Shown: positions 31,897 through 40,861 of the stretch, one piece after another
Layout of the letters: each line of letters begins with the position of its first letter
Numbering within the stretch: position 1 is the stretch's first letter
IMG/VR virus record: IMGVR_UViG_3300034200_001536
Span: 1-64,000 of that record
Strand: one strand, 5' to 3'
Length of the DNA: 64,000 bases
Origin: a virus
Notes under the pieces: generated by a model
Told to the model about the DNA's origin: nothing
The model's database searches: none
Seen by the model: only the letters and a program-made list of their open reading frames with translations
Position numbers and translations under genes: made by a program

Positions 31897-33906
31897 ATGA
31901 GTACAGATATTGAGACAGATTTAAATAAAAATATAGTTTTTGTGCCAAGTTCCATAGAAACAATGGATTCGGCATTATTTGATTATATAGAAAATCTTAA
32001 TATCTTTTGCAATACTATTAATGGCTGGGATAAAATCCCAATAATCTGGGCTTCCGCAGAGCGTTCATACCAAATAAAAAATAATAAAGCTTTAAGAGAT
32101 AAAAACGGTAGTCTTATTCCTCCGATTATCTCTATTGAAAGAACTTCTATTTTAAAAGACCCTAATAAAAAAGGCACTTTTCAATCGAACGTATCCCCAA
32201 AAGACGACCGTTATTATATAACTAAGGTTTTAAATCAAGATAAAACTTCTAATTTTGCCAACGCTGATGCTTTAAAAAACAATAAGCAATTAAATTTCGT
32301 TACTTCCAAAAAAAATAAAAAAATAGTTTATCAACATATAGCGGTTCCAAAACCAATTTATGTGTTTGTAGAATATAAAATTAATATTTTAACAAACTAT
32401 CAAGGCCAAATGAACGAAGCCATACAGCCATTTATGGCTCGTACGGCGCAAAACTATTTTACTATTAAAAAAGATGATTATAGATTTGAATGTTTTATGG
32501 ACCCGACTTTTTCGCAAGAAAGCGTTGCTGATTTAGGCGAAGAAGAAAGAAAATTTAAAAGCTCTATTATTATAAAAGTACTTGGTCAATTAGTTGGTGA
32601 AGGTCCAAATCAAGAAAAGCCACAACTTGATATAATTGAAAATGCCGTAGAGGTAAAATTACCAAAAGAAAAAGTTGTTATCGATACTCCGTTACGTTCT
32701 ACAAGAAAAATAAAAGAAAAACAAGCTGCTTTATCAACAGTCATTAATAATCAGCCGGAACCTATATCTAGAAATAATTTACAAGACAGTATTAATAAAC
32801 AAATAAAGGCTGAAGTATCTAATGATGGCGAAGCGGCAACAACAGAAAAAACAAAAAAGAATAATTTATCTGCTAGCAACATAGAAACTATAGATGGTGC
32901 TTTTTTTGATTATATAGAAAATCTTAATGTTTTTTGTAACACAAATGCTGGTTGGAATAAAGTGCCCGTGATTTGGGCTTCCGCAGAACGTTCTTACCAG
33001 ATAAAAAATAATAAAGCCCTAAGAGATAAAAACGGTACTTTAATATCGCCAATTATATCCTTAGAGAGAGGCAATATTACTAAAGACCCCAATAAAAAAG
33101 GCAATTTTCAATCAAATGTGTCACCAAAGAACGATAGATATTACATAACAAAAGTTTTAAATCAAGATAAAACTTCTAATTTTGCCAACGCTGATAGTTT
33201 AAAGAATAATAAACAGTTAAATTTCGTTACTTCCAAGAAAAACGAAAAAATTGTTTATCAACATTATGCTGTTAGGATTCCAGTTTACATAACTATTGAA
33301 TATAAGATAAACATAATGACAAACTATTTGATGCAAATGAACGAAATAGTACAGCCGTTTATGGCTCGTACCGCACAAAGTTATTTTGTTATTAATAAAG
33401 ACGGCCATAAATATGAAGCGTTCATGGAACCAGAATTTTCTCAAGAAACTATTTCTGATTTGGGAGAGGAAGAAAGAAAATATAAAAATACAATAACTGT
33501 AAAAGTATTAGGCTATCTTGTTGGAGAAGGTGAAAATAATTTAGATAGAAATATTAATATTGACGAAAACGCAGTTGAAATAAAGTTTCCTAAAGAAAAA
33601 ATAATAATCGATGGACCTAAAAAAAGATTAAAAAAAGAAATCAGTTCACAAGGCGTATTTGAGCTACCTAATACTGGAGTAGGTGGTACTAACAAAAAAT
33701 CTTTTGTTATAGGAAATGGAATTGATTCCATCTACACCATATCACATGGCTTAAATACAAGAGATGCATTCGTGACCGTTCGTGAAGATTTTAATGACCA
33801 TAATCAAGTTATAGCGTTTATTACGTTTGATACATTAAACGCCATAACGGTGGATATGGGTGAAATCATTGAAGAAAATAGCTATGTAGTAACAATTATT
33901 GGCTAA
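31897..33906 (+). CDS. tail completion/terminator-like protein (gp15/gp3-like) with tandem domain duplication and C-terminal fibre-type domain
   Basis: Two copies of IETxDxA.FDYIENLN..PxIWASAERSYQIK..ENAVExKxPKEK; C-terminal GNGIDSIYTISHGLNTRD; family call tentative. Confidence 0.55.
   Translation: MSTDIETDLNKNIVFVPSSIETMDSALFDYIENLNIFCNTINGWDKIPIIWASAERSYQIKNNKALRDKNGSLIPPIISIERTSILKDPNKKGTFQSNVSPKDDRYYITKVLNQDKTSNFANADALKNNKQLNFVTSKKNKKIVYQHIAVPKPIYVFVEYKINILTNYQGQMNEAIQPFMARTAQNYFTIKKDDYRFECFMDPTFSQESVADLGEEERKFKSSIIIKVLGQLVGEGPNQEKPQLDIIENAVEVKLPKEKVVIDTPLRSTRKIKEKQAALSTVINNQPEPISRNNLQDSINKQIKAEVSNDGEAATTEKTKKNNLSASNIETIDGAFFDYIENLNVFCNTNAGWNKVPVIWASAERSYQIKNNKALRDKNGTLISPIISLERGNITKDPNKKGNFQSNVSPKNDRYYITKVLNQDKTSNFANADSLKNNKQLNFVTSKKNEKIVYQHYAVRIPVYITIEYKINIMTNYLMQMNEIVQPFMARTAQSYFVINKDGHKYEAFMEPEFSQETISDLGEEERKYKNTITVKVLGYLVGEGENNLDRNINIDENAVEIKFPKEKIIIDGPKKRLKKEISSQGVFELPNTGVGGTNKKSFVIGNGIDSIYTISHGLNTRDAFVTVREDFNDHNQVIAFITFDTLNAITVDMGEIIEENSYVVTIIG
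31951..33612 (+). repeat. intragenic direct duplication, about 735 nt x2 (31951-32686 and 32878-33612)
   Basis: Long identical tracts, e.g. gttttaaatcaagataaaacttctaattttgccaacgctgat, occur in both copies. Confidence 0.9.
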
Positions 33907-33941
33907 GTAAAAACCGAAATAATTCTTTTTCTAAATTTAAA

Positions 33942-34028
33942 ACTATTTATTATACAGCGATTTTAATCGGTTGTTTAGATTAAGGCGCTATTTTTTTATC
34001 CGCCCTATGGGCAAGGAAAAGTATTACA
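33942..34028 (+). promoter_or_regulatory. late promoter plus structured leader (hairpin, T7, RBS hairpin)
   Basis: ACTATTTAT; AGCG-a-TTTTAATC/GATTAAGG-CGCT stem; T7; GCCC/GGGC stem; AAGGA. Confidence 0.65.
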
Positions 34029-35759
34029 ATGGCTAATCCATTAAAGATTTTAACAGTTTTGACAGCATCACAAGCTGCAAAATTTGAACAAGGTTTAAGT
34101 GTTAACTCACAAAAAATCACTAACGTTGCTGATGCAACAGTTGCAACCGATGCAGTAGCATACGGTCAATTAACTGCAGTATCAGGCGCAATGAAGAGCT
34201 ATGTAGACGCTCAAGATACAGCACTCTCTGGTGCATTTGACGCCCGCATGGTAGCATTAAGTGGCGCCGCCGCAACAGCATTAGTAGCAGAAGCAGCAGC
34301 ACGTGTTGCAGGCGATGCAGCAGTATCAGGTGCATTAAAAACCTACGTTGATGGCAAAGACACTGCACAAACATTAGCACGCGATGCACTTTCTGGTGCA
34401 TTAAAATCTTATGTAGACGCTGCAGATGGCGTATTACAAGGTAACTTGAACACTGTTTCAGGTGCAATCAAGTCTTACGTTGACGCAGCTGACACAGTAT
34501 TAGACGGCAGAATCACCAGCGTTTCTGGTGCAATTGTTGCTTATGTCGATGCAGAAAATGCTGCACAAGACGCTGCAGTAGCAGCAATGTCTGGTGCTAT
34601 GAAGTCATACATTGATGCACAAAACTCTGCACAAGATACAGCAGTAGGCAATCTTTCAGGTGCTTTGAAATCATATGTAGACGCAGCAGATTTAGTATTA
34701 GATGGTAGAATCACAAGTGTTTCTGGCGCAATTAAGACATATGTTGACGCACAAGACTTAGTATTATCTGGCGCATTCGATACACGCTTAACCCGCAATG
34801 AAACAGCATTTGGTACATTGGTAAGCAGCTCATTACCAGCAATGTCTGCTTCTATCTCAGGCACTATCTTAGCAGAAAAGACCCGTGCACTAGCAGCAGA
34901 AGCAGTATTATCTGGTAACTTGGCAGCAGAAGTTAGCCGTGCAACTGCAGCAGAAGGTGTTCTACAAACCAACATTGACGCAGAAGCAACAGTACGCGCA
35001 GCAGCAGATGCCACATTGCAAAGCAACATCACCGCAGAAGCAAACACACGTTCTGCAGCAGATGCAGCATTAAGCAGCAGCCTTGCAGGTGAAATCAGCC
35101 GTGCATTAGCAGCAGAAGCAGTATTGTCTGGTAACTTAGCAGCAGAAATTAGCCGTGCAACCGCTGCAGAAGGCACACTCCAAAGCAACATTGACGTAGA
35201 AAAGGGTCGCATTGACGCTATCCTCTCTGCTTCAAACGCTAATTACGATACCTTCAAGGAAGTAGTTGATTTAATCAACAGCGTTGATACAACAAACGAC
35301 AGCGCATTCGCAGGTTACGTAATAAGCAACGATGCTGCTATTGCCACTCTTTCAGGCGCATTAAACACAAAGATTGACAATGAAGTAACACGTGCAACTG
35401 CTGCAGAAGCAGTATTGTCTGGTGGTTTAGCACAAGAAGTCAGTGACCGTGCAGCAGCAGTAGCAGCAATGAAGACAGCATACAGTGCAGCACGTTTCGT
35501 ACAAACTGGCTCATTAGTATCTGGCGCAGTAGTTGTTTCCTTCGCAGCTGAAGGTGCAATGTTCGCTGTAGCAGAAATGGGCAACATCGCATTAGACGTA
35601 ATGGTTGATGCAGATGGCTCAGGCTATACCAACGACTTGGTAGCAGTTAAGATGTTCTCTGATGGCGGCGTATTGAAAGTACAAATCGACGCTCCAGCAA
35701 CACCAAGCGCAGGCTATCGCTTAATCGCTGTAAATGAAAAGAAGGGCGGTTTGAACTAA
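34029..35759 (+). CDS. long trimeric coiled-coil fibre (whisker/collar-like)
   Basis: YadA-neck-like KITNVADATVATDAVAYGQL; 22-aa and 18-aa repeats; DTFKEVVDLI; shared C-terminal module. Confidence 0.75.
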   Translation: MANPLKILTVLTASQAAKFEQGLSVNSQKITNVADATVATDAVAYGQLTAVSGAMKSYVDAQDTALSGAFDARMVALSGAAATALVAEAAARVAGDAAVSGALKTYVDGKDTAQTLARDALSGALKSYVDAADGVLQGNLNTVSGAIKSYVDAADTVLDGRITSVSGAIVAYVDAENAAQDAAVAAMSGAMKSYIDAQNSAQDTAVGNLSGALKSYVDAADLVLDGRITSVSGAIKTYVDAQDLVLSGAFDTRLTRNETAFGTLVSSSLPAMSASISGTILAEKTRALAAEAVLSGNLAAEVSRATAAEGVLQTNIDAEATVRAAADATLQSNITAEANTRSAADAALSSSLAGEISRALAAEAVLSGNLAAEISRATAAEGTLQSNIDVEKGRIDAILSASNANYDTFKEVVDLINSVDTTNDSAFAGYVISNDAAIATLSGALNTKIDNEVTRATAAEAVLSGGLAQEVSDRAAAVAAMKTAYSAARFVQTGSLVSGAVVVSFAAEGAMFAVAEMGNIALDVMVDADGSGYTNDLVAVKMFSDGGVLKVQIDAPATPSAGYRLIAVNEKKGGLN

Positions 35760-35761
35760 TA

Positions 35762-35819
35762 TAATCTAGTTGAAAAATTAGATTAGGGAAGGGAGGCAGA
35801 AATGCCTCCCTTCTTTTTT
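35762..35819 (+). terminator. intrinsic terminator preceded by a second hairpin
   Basis: GAAGGGAGGCA-GAAA-TGCCTCCCTTC-T6; upstream TAATCTAGTT-GAAA-AATTAGATTA. Confidence 0.9.
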
Positions 35820-35830
35820 AACGTTAAAAA

Positions 35831-35909
35831 ACTAATTATTAAAGAGGTCTAGTTTGTATTTTAGACTTCTATTTTTTTATCTGCTCTGACGAGCAAGGAA
35901 AGTATTACA
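35831..35909 (+). promoter_or_regulatory. late promoter plus structured leader (hairpin, T7, RBS hairpin)
   Basis: ACTAATTAT; AGAGGTCTA/TAGACTTCT stem; T7; GCTC/GAGC stem; AAGGA. Confidence 0.65.
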
Positions 35910-36428
35910 ATGGCTAATGAAAGACCATTAAAAATTTTAACAGATTTAGTAGTTGAACAAGATATTACAGTTAGCGGTTCTACTGTAGTTTCAGGCTCAG
36001 AATATTTACATACAACTGCTTCTTTTACAAATGTAAATGTAAATAAAAGCGCTGATGGCATGTACGATGTTGATACAGCTATTCATGCTTTAGACACAGC
36101 TATTGGCACACTAGAAAATAGCGTTAAAAATGCTTATGAAAACTTAAGATTGGTAGTTACAGGTACTTTAGATGGTAATGGCAATAAGAAAATTAACTTA
36201 ACTTCTACTGCCGTTTCAGGTTCAACTTATTTTAATACTAGTTCTTTAAAGCTAGTTGACGTATCGGTTTTGTTAGCCGGTGAAGATTTAGTATATAAAA
36301 ATGATTTAGTTTCAGTTCAATTATATAATTCTGCTAGTGCTTTATGGGTTGAAGTTGATGCTCCAGCTTCACCAAATGCAAACTATCGTTTAATTGTCTC
36401 TAATAACGATTTATTACCGTTGGTATAG
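35910..36428 (+). CDS. short fibre-family paralogue
   Basis: PLKILTDL N-terminus; YKNDLVSVQL..VEVDAPA..YRLI module. Confidence 0.75.
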   Translation: MANERPLKILTDLVVEQDITVSGSTVVSGSEYLHTTASFTNVNVNKSADGMYDVDTAIHALDTAIGTLENSVKNAYENLRLVVTGTLDGNGNKKINLTSTAVSGSTYFNTSSLKLVDVSVLLAGEDLVYKNDLVSVQLYNSASALWVEVDAPASPNANYRLIVSNNDLLPLV

Positions 36429-36442
36429 GGGGTATTTAAATC

Positions 36443-38068
36443 ATGGCTAATAAAATAAAAGTTTTATCTAACTTAACAGCAAGTCAAGATATTATTGTAA
36501 AAGGAAATACAGTAACATCTGGTTCAAAACAATTATCAACCGATACAGCATTTAATAATGCTGTTGTGGCTACTTCTTCAGATGGCATGTATAATGTAGA
36601 TGAAGCTATTCATGCAATTGATACAGGTTTAACAACATTAAAAAATGATATAAAAAATGCTTATAATCTTGTAAGAGCGGTATTAACAGGAACACTAGAG
36701 TCTAACGGTAATAAAAAAATTAATTTAACTACCACTATTGTTTCTGGTTCGTTATATTTTAATACTTCTTCTTTAACTCGCATCGAAGCATCACTATTTA
36801 TTGATGAAAATGGTGATTCGACATATAAAAATGATTTAGCGTCATTACAGCTATATAATTCTGCAAGTTATCTTTGGGTAGAAATAGACGCTCCAGCTGC
36901 CACTAATGATGCGTATAGTTTGATTTTAAAAAATCAATTTTTATTACCATTAGCTGGTAGCGATGGCATTGGAAATGGAAATAATAATGGCGGCGGCGGT
37001 GGAGGTGGTGGAAACCAATATATGCTCACCCCATATAACACAAATCCAACTGGTAGTATAAGTGGCTCTATATCTGGCACTAGAGAAGGATATTATGTAT
37101 TCCCAGATGTTTATGGTAATGTAAAATTTACATTTAATGATTTTTCTTCTTCCGCTGATAATTCAGGAATTACATTCTATGTAATGCCAAATAATTATTC
37201 TGGTAGTTTAACTTACAGCCCAACTACTAATTTAATTAATACTACTGGCGTTGGAAAAATAGTTACTTTACAAGGTCCAAATTTAGCAAATCTCAGTTTA
37301 TCCGGTAATGGTATAAGTGGCGTTAGTGCTGGCTATCCAAGCGATTATACAAGAGATATATATAACAATAATCTCAACACTAACATGCATGTACACGATG
37401 GAGTTGTAGATTTTACTATTCCGGTGGGCACTGGTTCGGCTGTTTATGTTGATATAGTAGGCCCTGTAGCTTACGATATAAACTGGACAGGCGGTGCGTA
37501 TTATAATCCTTCAGCGGAACAAATAACTTTTGTACCAACAAATATAGGTGGCTATTATGTACCGCCTATAAATGATTTTAATACAAACTATAAAGATACT
37601 TATATTTCCGCTTCTGGTACTCCAACTAGAATATATATTCCACTAATAAATTCTGATGGTACCTATAAGCCTACTTTAACACCAGTAAGCGTAGAAACAC
37701 CAACTGGCTTATATGTAAGAATTAATAGTTATATTCATAGTTTGAGATTCTTCTCAGCTTATAATCCAACAGCAAATATTAATGATTTTGCTCCCGGTGT
37801 TAATGCTCTAGGAGAACCGACTGTTCCCGGTGTCGGCTTTAATGAATATGGTAATTTTGATTCTATGAGTTTTATTAATTACATGAGTGTATATTCTTTT
37901 GACGACTCAATGTTTTATACTCCACAATCTCCATATCCAATAGTAATTTTTGTACCTTCTCGTAACGGAGTTGCTAAATTATGGATTGTAAGTTATCCAC
38001 AAACAAATCCGCCACCACAATCGGGTTATACTAACGGAATAGGTAATATAGAGGTCTGGACGGCATAA
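36443..38068 (+). CDS. fibre-family paralogue with poly-Gly linker and unique C-terminal domain
   Basis: First ~170 aa closely match 35910; GNGNNNGGGGGGG linker; Y/P/G/T-rich C-terminal domain. Confidence 0.75.
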   Translation: MANKIKVLSNLTASQDIIVKGNTVTSGSKQLSTDTAFNNAVVATSSDGMYNVDEAIHAIDTGLTTLKNDIKNAYNLVRAVLTGTLESNGNKKINLTTTIVSGSLYFNTSSLTRIEASLFIDENGDSTYKNDLASLQLYNSASYLWVEIDAPAATNDAYSLILKNQFLLPLAGSDGIGNGNNNGGGGGGGGNQYMLTPYNTNPTGSISGSISGTREGYYVFPDVYGNVKFTFNDFSSSADNSGITFYVMPNNYSGSLTYSPTTNLINTTGVGKIVTLQGPNLANLSLSGNGISGVSAGYPSDYTRDIYNNNLNTNMHVHDGVVDFTIPVGTGSAVYVDIVGPVAYDINWTGGAYYNPSAEQITFVPTNIGGYYVPPINDFNTNYKDTYISASGTPTRIYIPLINSDGTYKPTLTPVSVETPTGLYVRINSYIHSLRFFSAYNPTANINDFAPGVNALGEPTVPGVGFNEYGNFDSMSFINYMSVYSFDDSMFYTPQSPYPIVIFVPSRNGVAKLWIVSYPQTNPPPQSGYTNGIGNIEVWTA

Positions 38069-38122
38069 AGTTTAATTTAAACTTTGGTTTGGGTGGCAGA
38101 AGTTTTGCCACCCTTTCTTTTT
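38067..38122 (+). terminator. intrinsic terminator preceded by an AT-rich hairpin
   Basis: GGGTGGCA-gaagttt-TGCCACCC-TTTCTTTTT; upstream AAAGTTTA/TAAACTTT. Confidence 0.85.
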
Positions 38123-38128
38123 AAAAAA

Positions 38129-38137
38129 ACTATTTAT
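38129..38137 (+). promoter_or_regulatory. putative late promoter ACTATTTAT (near-leaderless mRNA)
   Basis: Motif 7 nt upstream of ATG 38145. Confidence 0.6.
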
Positions 38138-38144
38138 TATTACT

Positions 38145-38348
38145 ATGAAACGTAAAATAACTTATCTTATTAAGGACTTTGACAAAATAATGCGTGAAAT
38201 ATTACCACATACTGGCGATTTTCGCAAAGAAGTTATGTTGCTAAAACGTAAAGAAGAATTTGAAGAAATAATAGATAAAATGGCAGAAAAATACGATAAA
38301 ATAATAGAATTAATAGAACAAGAAAAGGAACTACCAGATGAAGTATAA
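38145..38348 (+). CDS. small hypothetical protein
   Basis: 67-aa charged ORF after a promoter motif. Confidence 0.65.
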   Translation: MKRKITYLIKDFDKIMREILPHTGDFRKEVMLLKRKEEFEEIIDKMAEKYDKIIELIEQEKELPDEV

Positions 38349-38592
38349 GTTTTCTTTTATACAAGTAACTAACTGGCTAATGATTTGTCGTGAAAATTTG
38401 ATGAAAATACGCGAAGAAGCAAACGAAGGTTTTGAAGATAAGCAAATTGTTATAGAAAAATTAAAAAAACAAAAACGAGATTTATTGTTAGTAAAAGATA
38501 TTCTAAACAGAAAAATTAGATTACATGGAATAAGCCCAGATTTTTTAAAGAATTTTAAACAAATTAAGAAAGAATATGGAATAAGCGATTAG
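38338..38592 (+). CDS. small hypothetical protein
   Basis: 84-aa ORF overlapping the previous stop; AAGGA RBS. Confidence 0.65.
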   Translation: MKYKFSFIQVTNWLMICRENLMKIREEANEGFEDKQIVIEKLKKQKRDLLLVKDILNRKIRLHGISPDFLKNFKQIKKEYGISD

Positions 38593-38604
38593 GGATAAAA
38601 CAAA

Positions 38605-39717
38605 ATGGCAGTTAAGCCAGCAAAAGCGATTGCGGATTTATTAGCAAGAAAGCAGATATTAAAAGTAGATAAAGATAATAATATACTTTTTAAAGTATCT
38701 GGCTCTTTAGAATCAGGTGCTGTTAGTTCCTCATTGCCAATTACTGCTTCTAGTTATTTTTCTGCTTTTGATTCAATTATTTCTGGCACTTTAACAACAA
38801 AAAATCTATTAATCACCGATGACAAAAGTTATGTAAATATTAATCAATTAAGTAATGTATCGGCTTCTAATGCACAAGAAGGCGAGTATTTAGTATTTAG
38901 TGGTTCTAATTGGGTTCCTTCTAGCGTTCGTGGCGTTGGTATTACAAAAGAAACCTATAATCGTCTTCGCTATACCGTTTCTGGTACATTCAATGGAACT
39001 GATACCGTTGAAATACCGCTACCGCTTTCTTCCTCTATAAGAGGACCGGCATTTACAATTGATTCTGTTAATCAAATAAATTTTACTTTATTAATTCAAG
39101 AATCTACAGCATCTAATTGGAAAAATGACTTAGCTTCAGTAGAATTCAAAGTATCGGGTTCAGAGCCGCAAATATTTGCTGTTATATCCGCACCTTCTAA
39201 TCCATACGCTTATAGTTTTAACGCAGTTAATATGAACCCAGCTGCTGTTAATGCTTCAATTATGATGGGAGAATATACAACTCTTGTCGTAGAAAATGAT
39301 GCGTACATATCCGGTAACACGTATATAAGTGCTTCATCCCAATTATCTAATATTGGCAATGTCAATTTATTATCTGGTAGCTTTTATAATGTTGATAACG
39401 TTTTTACTTCAATAGATTCAAGATTTGCACAGATGGTAACAAATTATAATTCTTTAAGAGAAGTACAGATAGGAAATTTTGAATCCGATGGAAGCAAAAC
39501 TATACAATTAACTAATTTTGTTAGTGCAGATATAGATTATTTGAGTTTAGATGTGATGATTAAATACAGCGGCAGTACACAGTATTTAAATGATTTAATA
39601 AGTGTAAGAATGTCTGGGGCTTTAAATAATAAAATCAACGTTGAAATCAGTGCTCCTAGTGTAAGTAGTGGAGATTTTTACAGAATTATTGCTGTAAAAG
39701 AGTCGGGAAGTTTATAA
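38605..39717 (+). CDS. fibre-family paralogue with two copies of the shared module
   Basis: MAVKPAKAIADL; WKNDLASVEF..ISAP and YLNDLISVRM..EISAP..YRIIAV. Confidence 0.75.
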   Translation: MAVKPAKAIADLLARKQILKVDKDNNILFKVSGSLESGAVSSSLPITASSYFSAFDSIISGTLTTKNLLITDDKSYVNINQLSNVSASNAQEGEYLVFSGSNWVPSSVRGVGITKETYNRLRYTVSGTFNGTDTVEIPLPLSSSIRGPAFTIDSVNQINFTLLIQESTASNWKNDLASVEFKVSGSEPQIFAVISAPSNPYAYSFNAVNMNPAAVNASIMMGEYTTLVVENDAYISGNTYISASSQLSNIGNVNLLSGSFYNVDNVFTSIDSRFAQMVTNYNSLREVQIGNFESDGSKTIQLTNFVSADIDYLSLDVMIKYSGSTQYLNDLISVRMSGALNNKINVEISAPSVSSGDFYRIIAVKESGSL

Positions 39718-39721
39718 AGAC

Positions 39722-39730
39722 ACTATTTAT
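39722..39730 (+). promoter_or_regulatory. putative late promoter ACTATTTAT
   Basis: Recurrent motif; AAGGAG RBS downstream. Confidence 0.65.
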
Positions 39731-39754
39731 TAAAAACTATAAGGAGAAATTTCA

Positions 39755-40852
39755 ATGGCAGTTAAACCGTTTAAGATTTTAGCAGATTTGCAATCTAATA
39801 AGCAAATCATAAAATTAGATTCAGCAGCAAATAATGCAGTATTATTTAATGTTTCTGGAACATTAGCTGGTGGTGGTCACGTTAGTTCTTCATTGCCATA
39901 TACTGGTTCTGGATTGTATATTGATGGTAATGCAGTAATAGCTGGAAAATTAACCGCTAGAGAATATCATGCTGAAGTAGTTTCCTCTTCGATTATTTAT
40001 CAAAGTGGTTCAACTAAATTTGGTGATAGTGCAGATGATTTGCACCAATTTACTGGCAGTGTACAAATTAGTGGCGGCTTTGGCGCACATTACTTAACTG
40101 CTTCATTAGGTTTATTGTCTAACGGCCCAAGCACATTAGTCGGTACTGTAAACGCACAAAATGGACTAACAATAACCAACGCTCCTTTAGACGCTAGTAC
40201 GGTAGCAGTAAGCGCTAGTGGCTTAAACGTAACAAATGCTGCAGTTGTTGGTTCTACATTAGCTGCATTAGGAGGTTTAACTTCTTCCGCTGGCTTAAGC
40301 GTTGCTGGTACTGCTAGCGTAGTTGGTCCTATTATTTCTAACACATCAGTTCTTACACCTTTATTGGGAGCTACTAATGCTGGTTTAGTAACAGCTTCTG
40401 TAGCAACAACTGCTAGCTTTAATGCAATTGCAATTGTAACAGCTTCTCAAACTGTTAATGGTGTTTCATATGACATGTATAATGTTGACCAAGCATTCCA
40501 TGCAATTGATTCTGCCATGGCAGATAAAACAGCTACACAAAATGCTTACAAACGTTTACGTTATCAAACAAGCGGCTCATTTGACCCAAGTGGCGTACAG
40601 CTAGTTGCACTCCCTACATCTTCACTAGGAGGTGATTCCTTCCCAGTTAGCTCTATCGGTTACATTACCGTAGACGTTTTAACAAAATTTGATATAAATG
40701 ATAATTGGATGAACGATGTTATGGCTATTGAAGTATATGTAACTGGTTCTCCCGGTTCAGAATATATCGAGGTAGCCATCAATGCCGCTGATGTACCACA
40801 TGAATATCGTTTAATAGCAGTTAATGAAGACCCAACTAAATATGTGGTATAA
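39755..40852 (+). CDS. fibre-family paralogue
   Basis: MAVKPFKILADL; SGSTKFGDSADDLHQFTGS; WMNDVMAIEV..YRLIAVNE. Confidence 0.75.
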   Translation: MAVKPFKILADLQSNKQIIKLDSAANNAVLFNVSGTLAGGGHVSSSLPYTGSGLYIDGNAVIAGKLTAREYHAEVVSSSIIYQSGSTKFGDSADDLHQFTGSVQISGGFGAHYLTASLGLLSNGPSTLVGTVNAQNGLTITNAPLDASTVAVSASGLNVTNAAVVGSTLAALGGLTSSAGLSVAGTASVVGPIISNTSVLTPLLGATNAGLVTASVATTASFNAIAIVTASQTVNGVSYDMYNVDQAFHAIDSAMADKTATQNAYKRLRYQTSGSFDPSGVQLVALPTSSLGGDSFPVSSIGYITVDVLTKFDINDNWMNDVMAIEVYVTGSPGSEYIEVAINAADVPHEYRLIAVNEDPTKYVV

Positions 40853-40853
40853 T
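40845..40853 (+). promoter_or_regulatory. sigma70-type extended -10 promoter TGgTATAAT
   Basis: Perfect TGnTATAAT 8 nt upstream of the ruvC ATG, inside hairpin 40840-40863. Confidence 0.6.
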
Positions 40854-40861
40854 AACCGCAT

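Noticed and set aside
34120-35587. Antisense ORFs (including 223 aa at 34541-35212) opposite the coiled-coil fibre
   Set aside because: Shadows of GCA-rich repetitive codon usage; no RBS or promoter; translation mirrors the sense repeats
31951-36960. Repeat pairs (31951/32878 and 35910/36443) as DGR template/variable regions
   Set aside because: Mismatches are not adenine-specific, both copies are coding, and no reverse transcriptase is present
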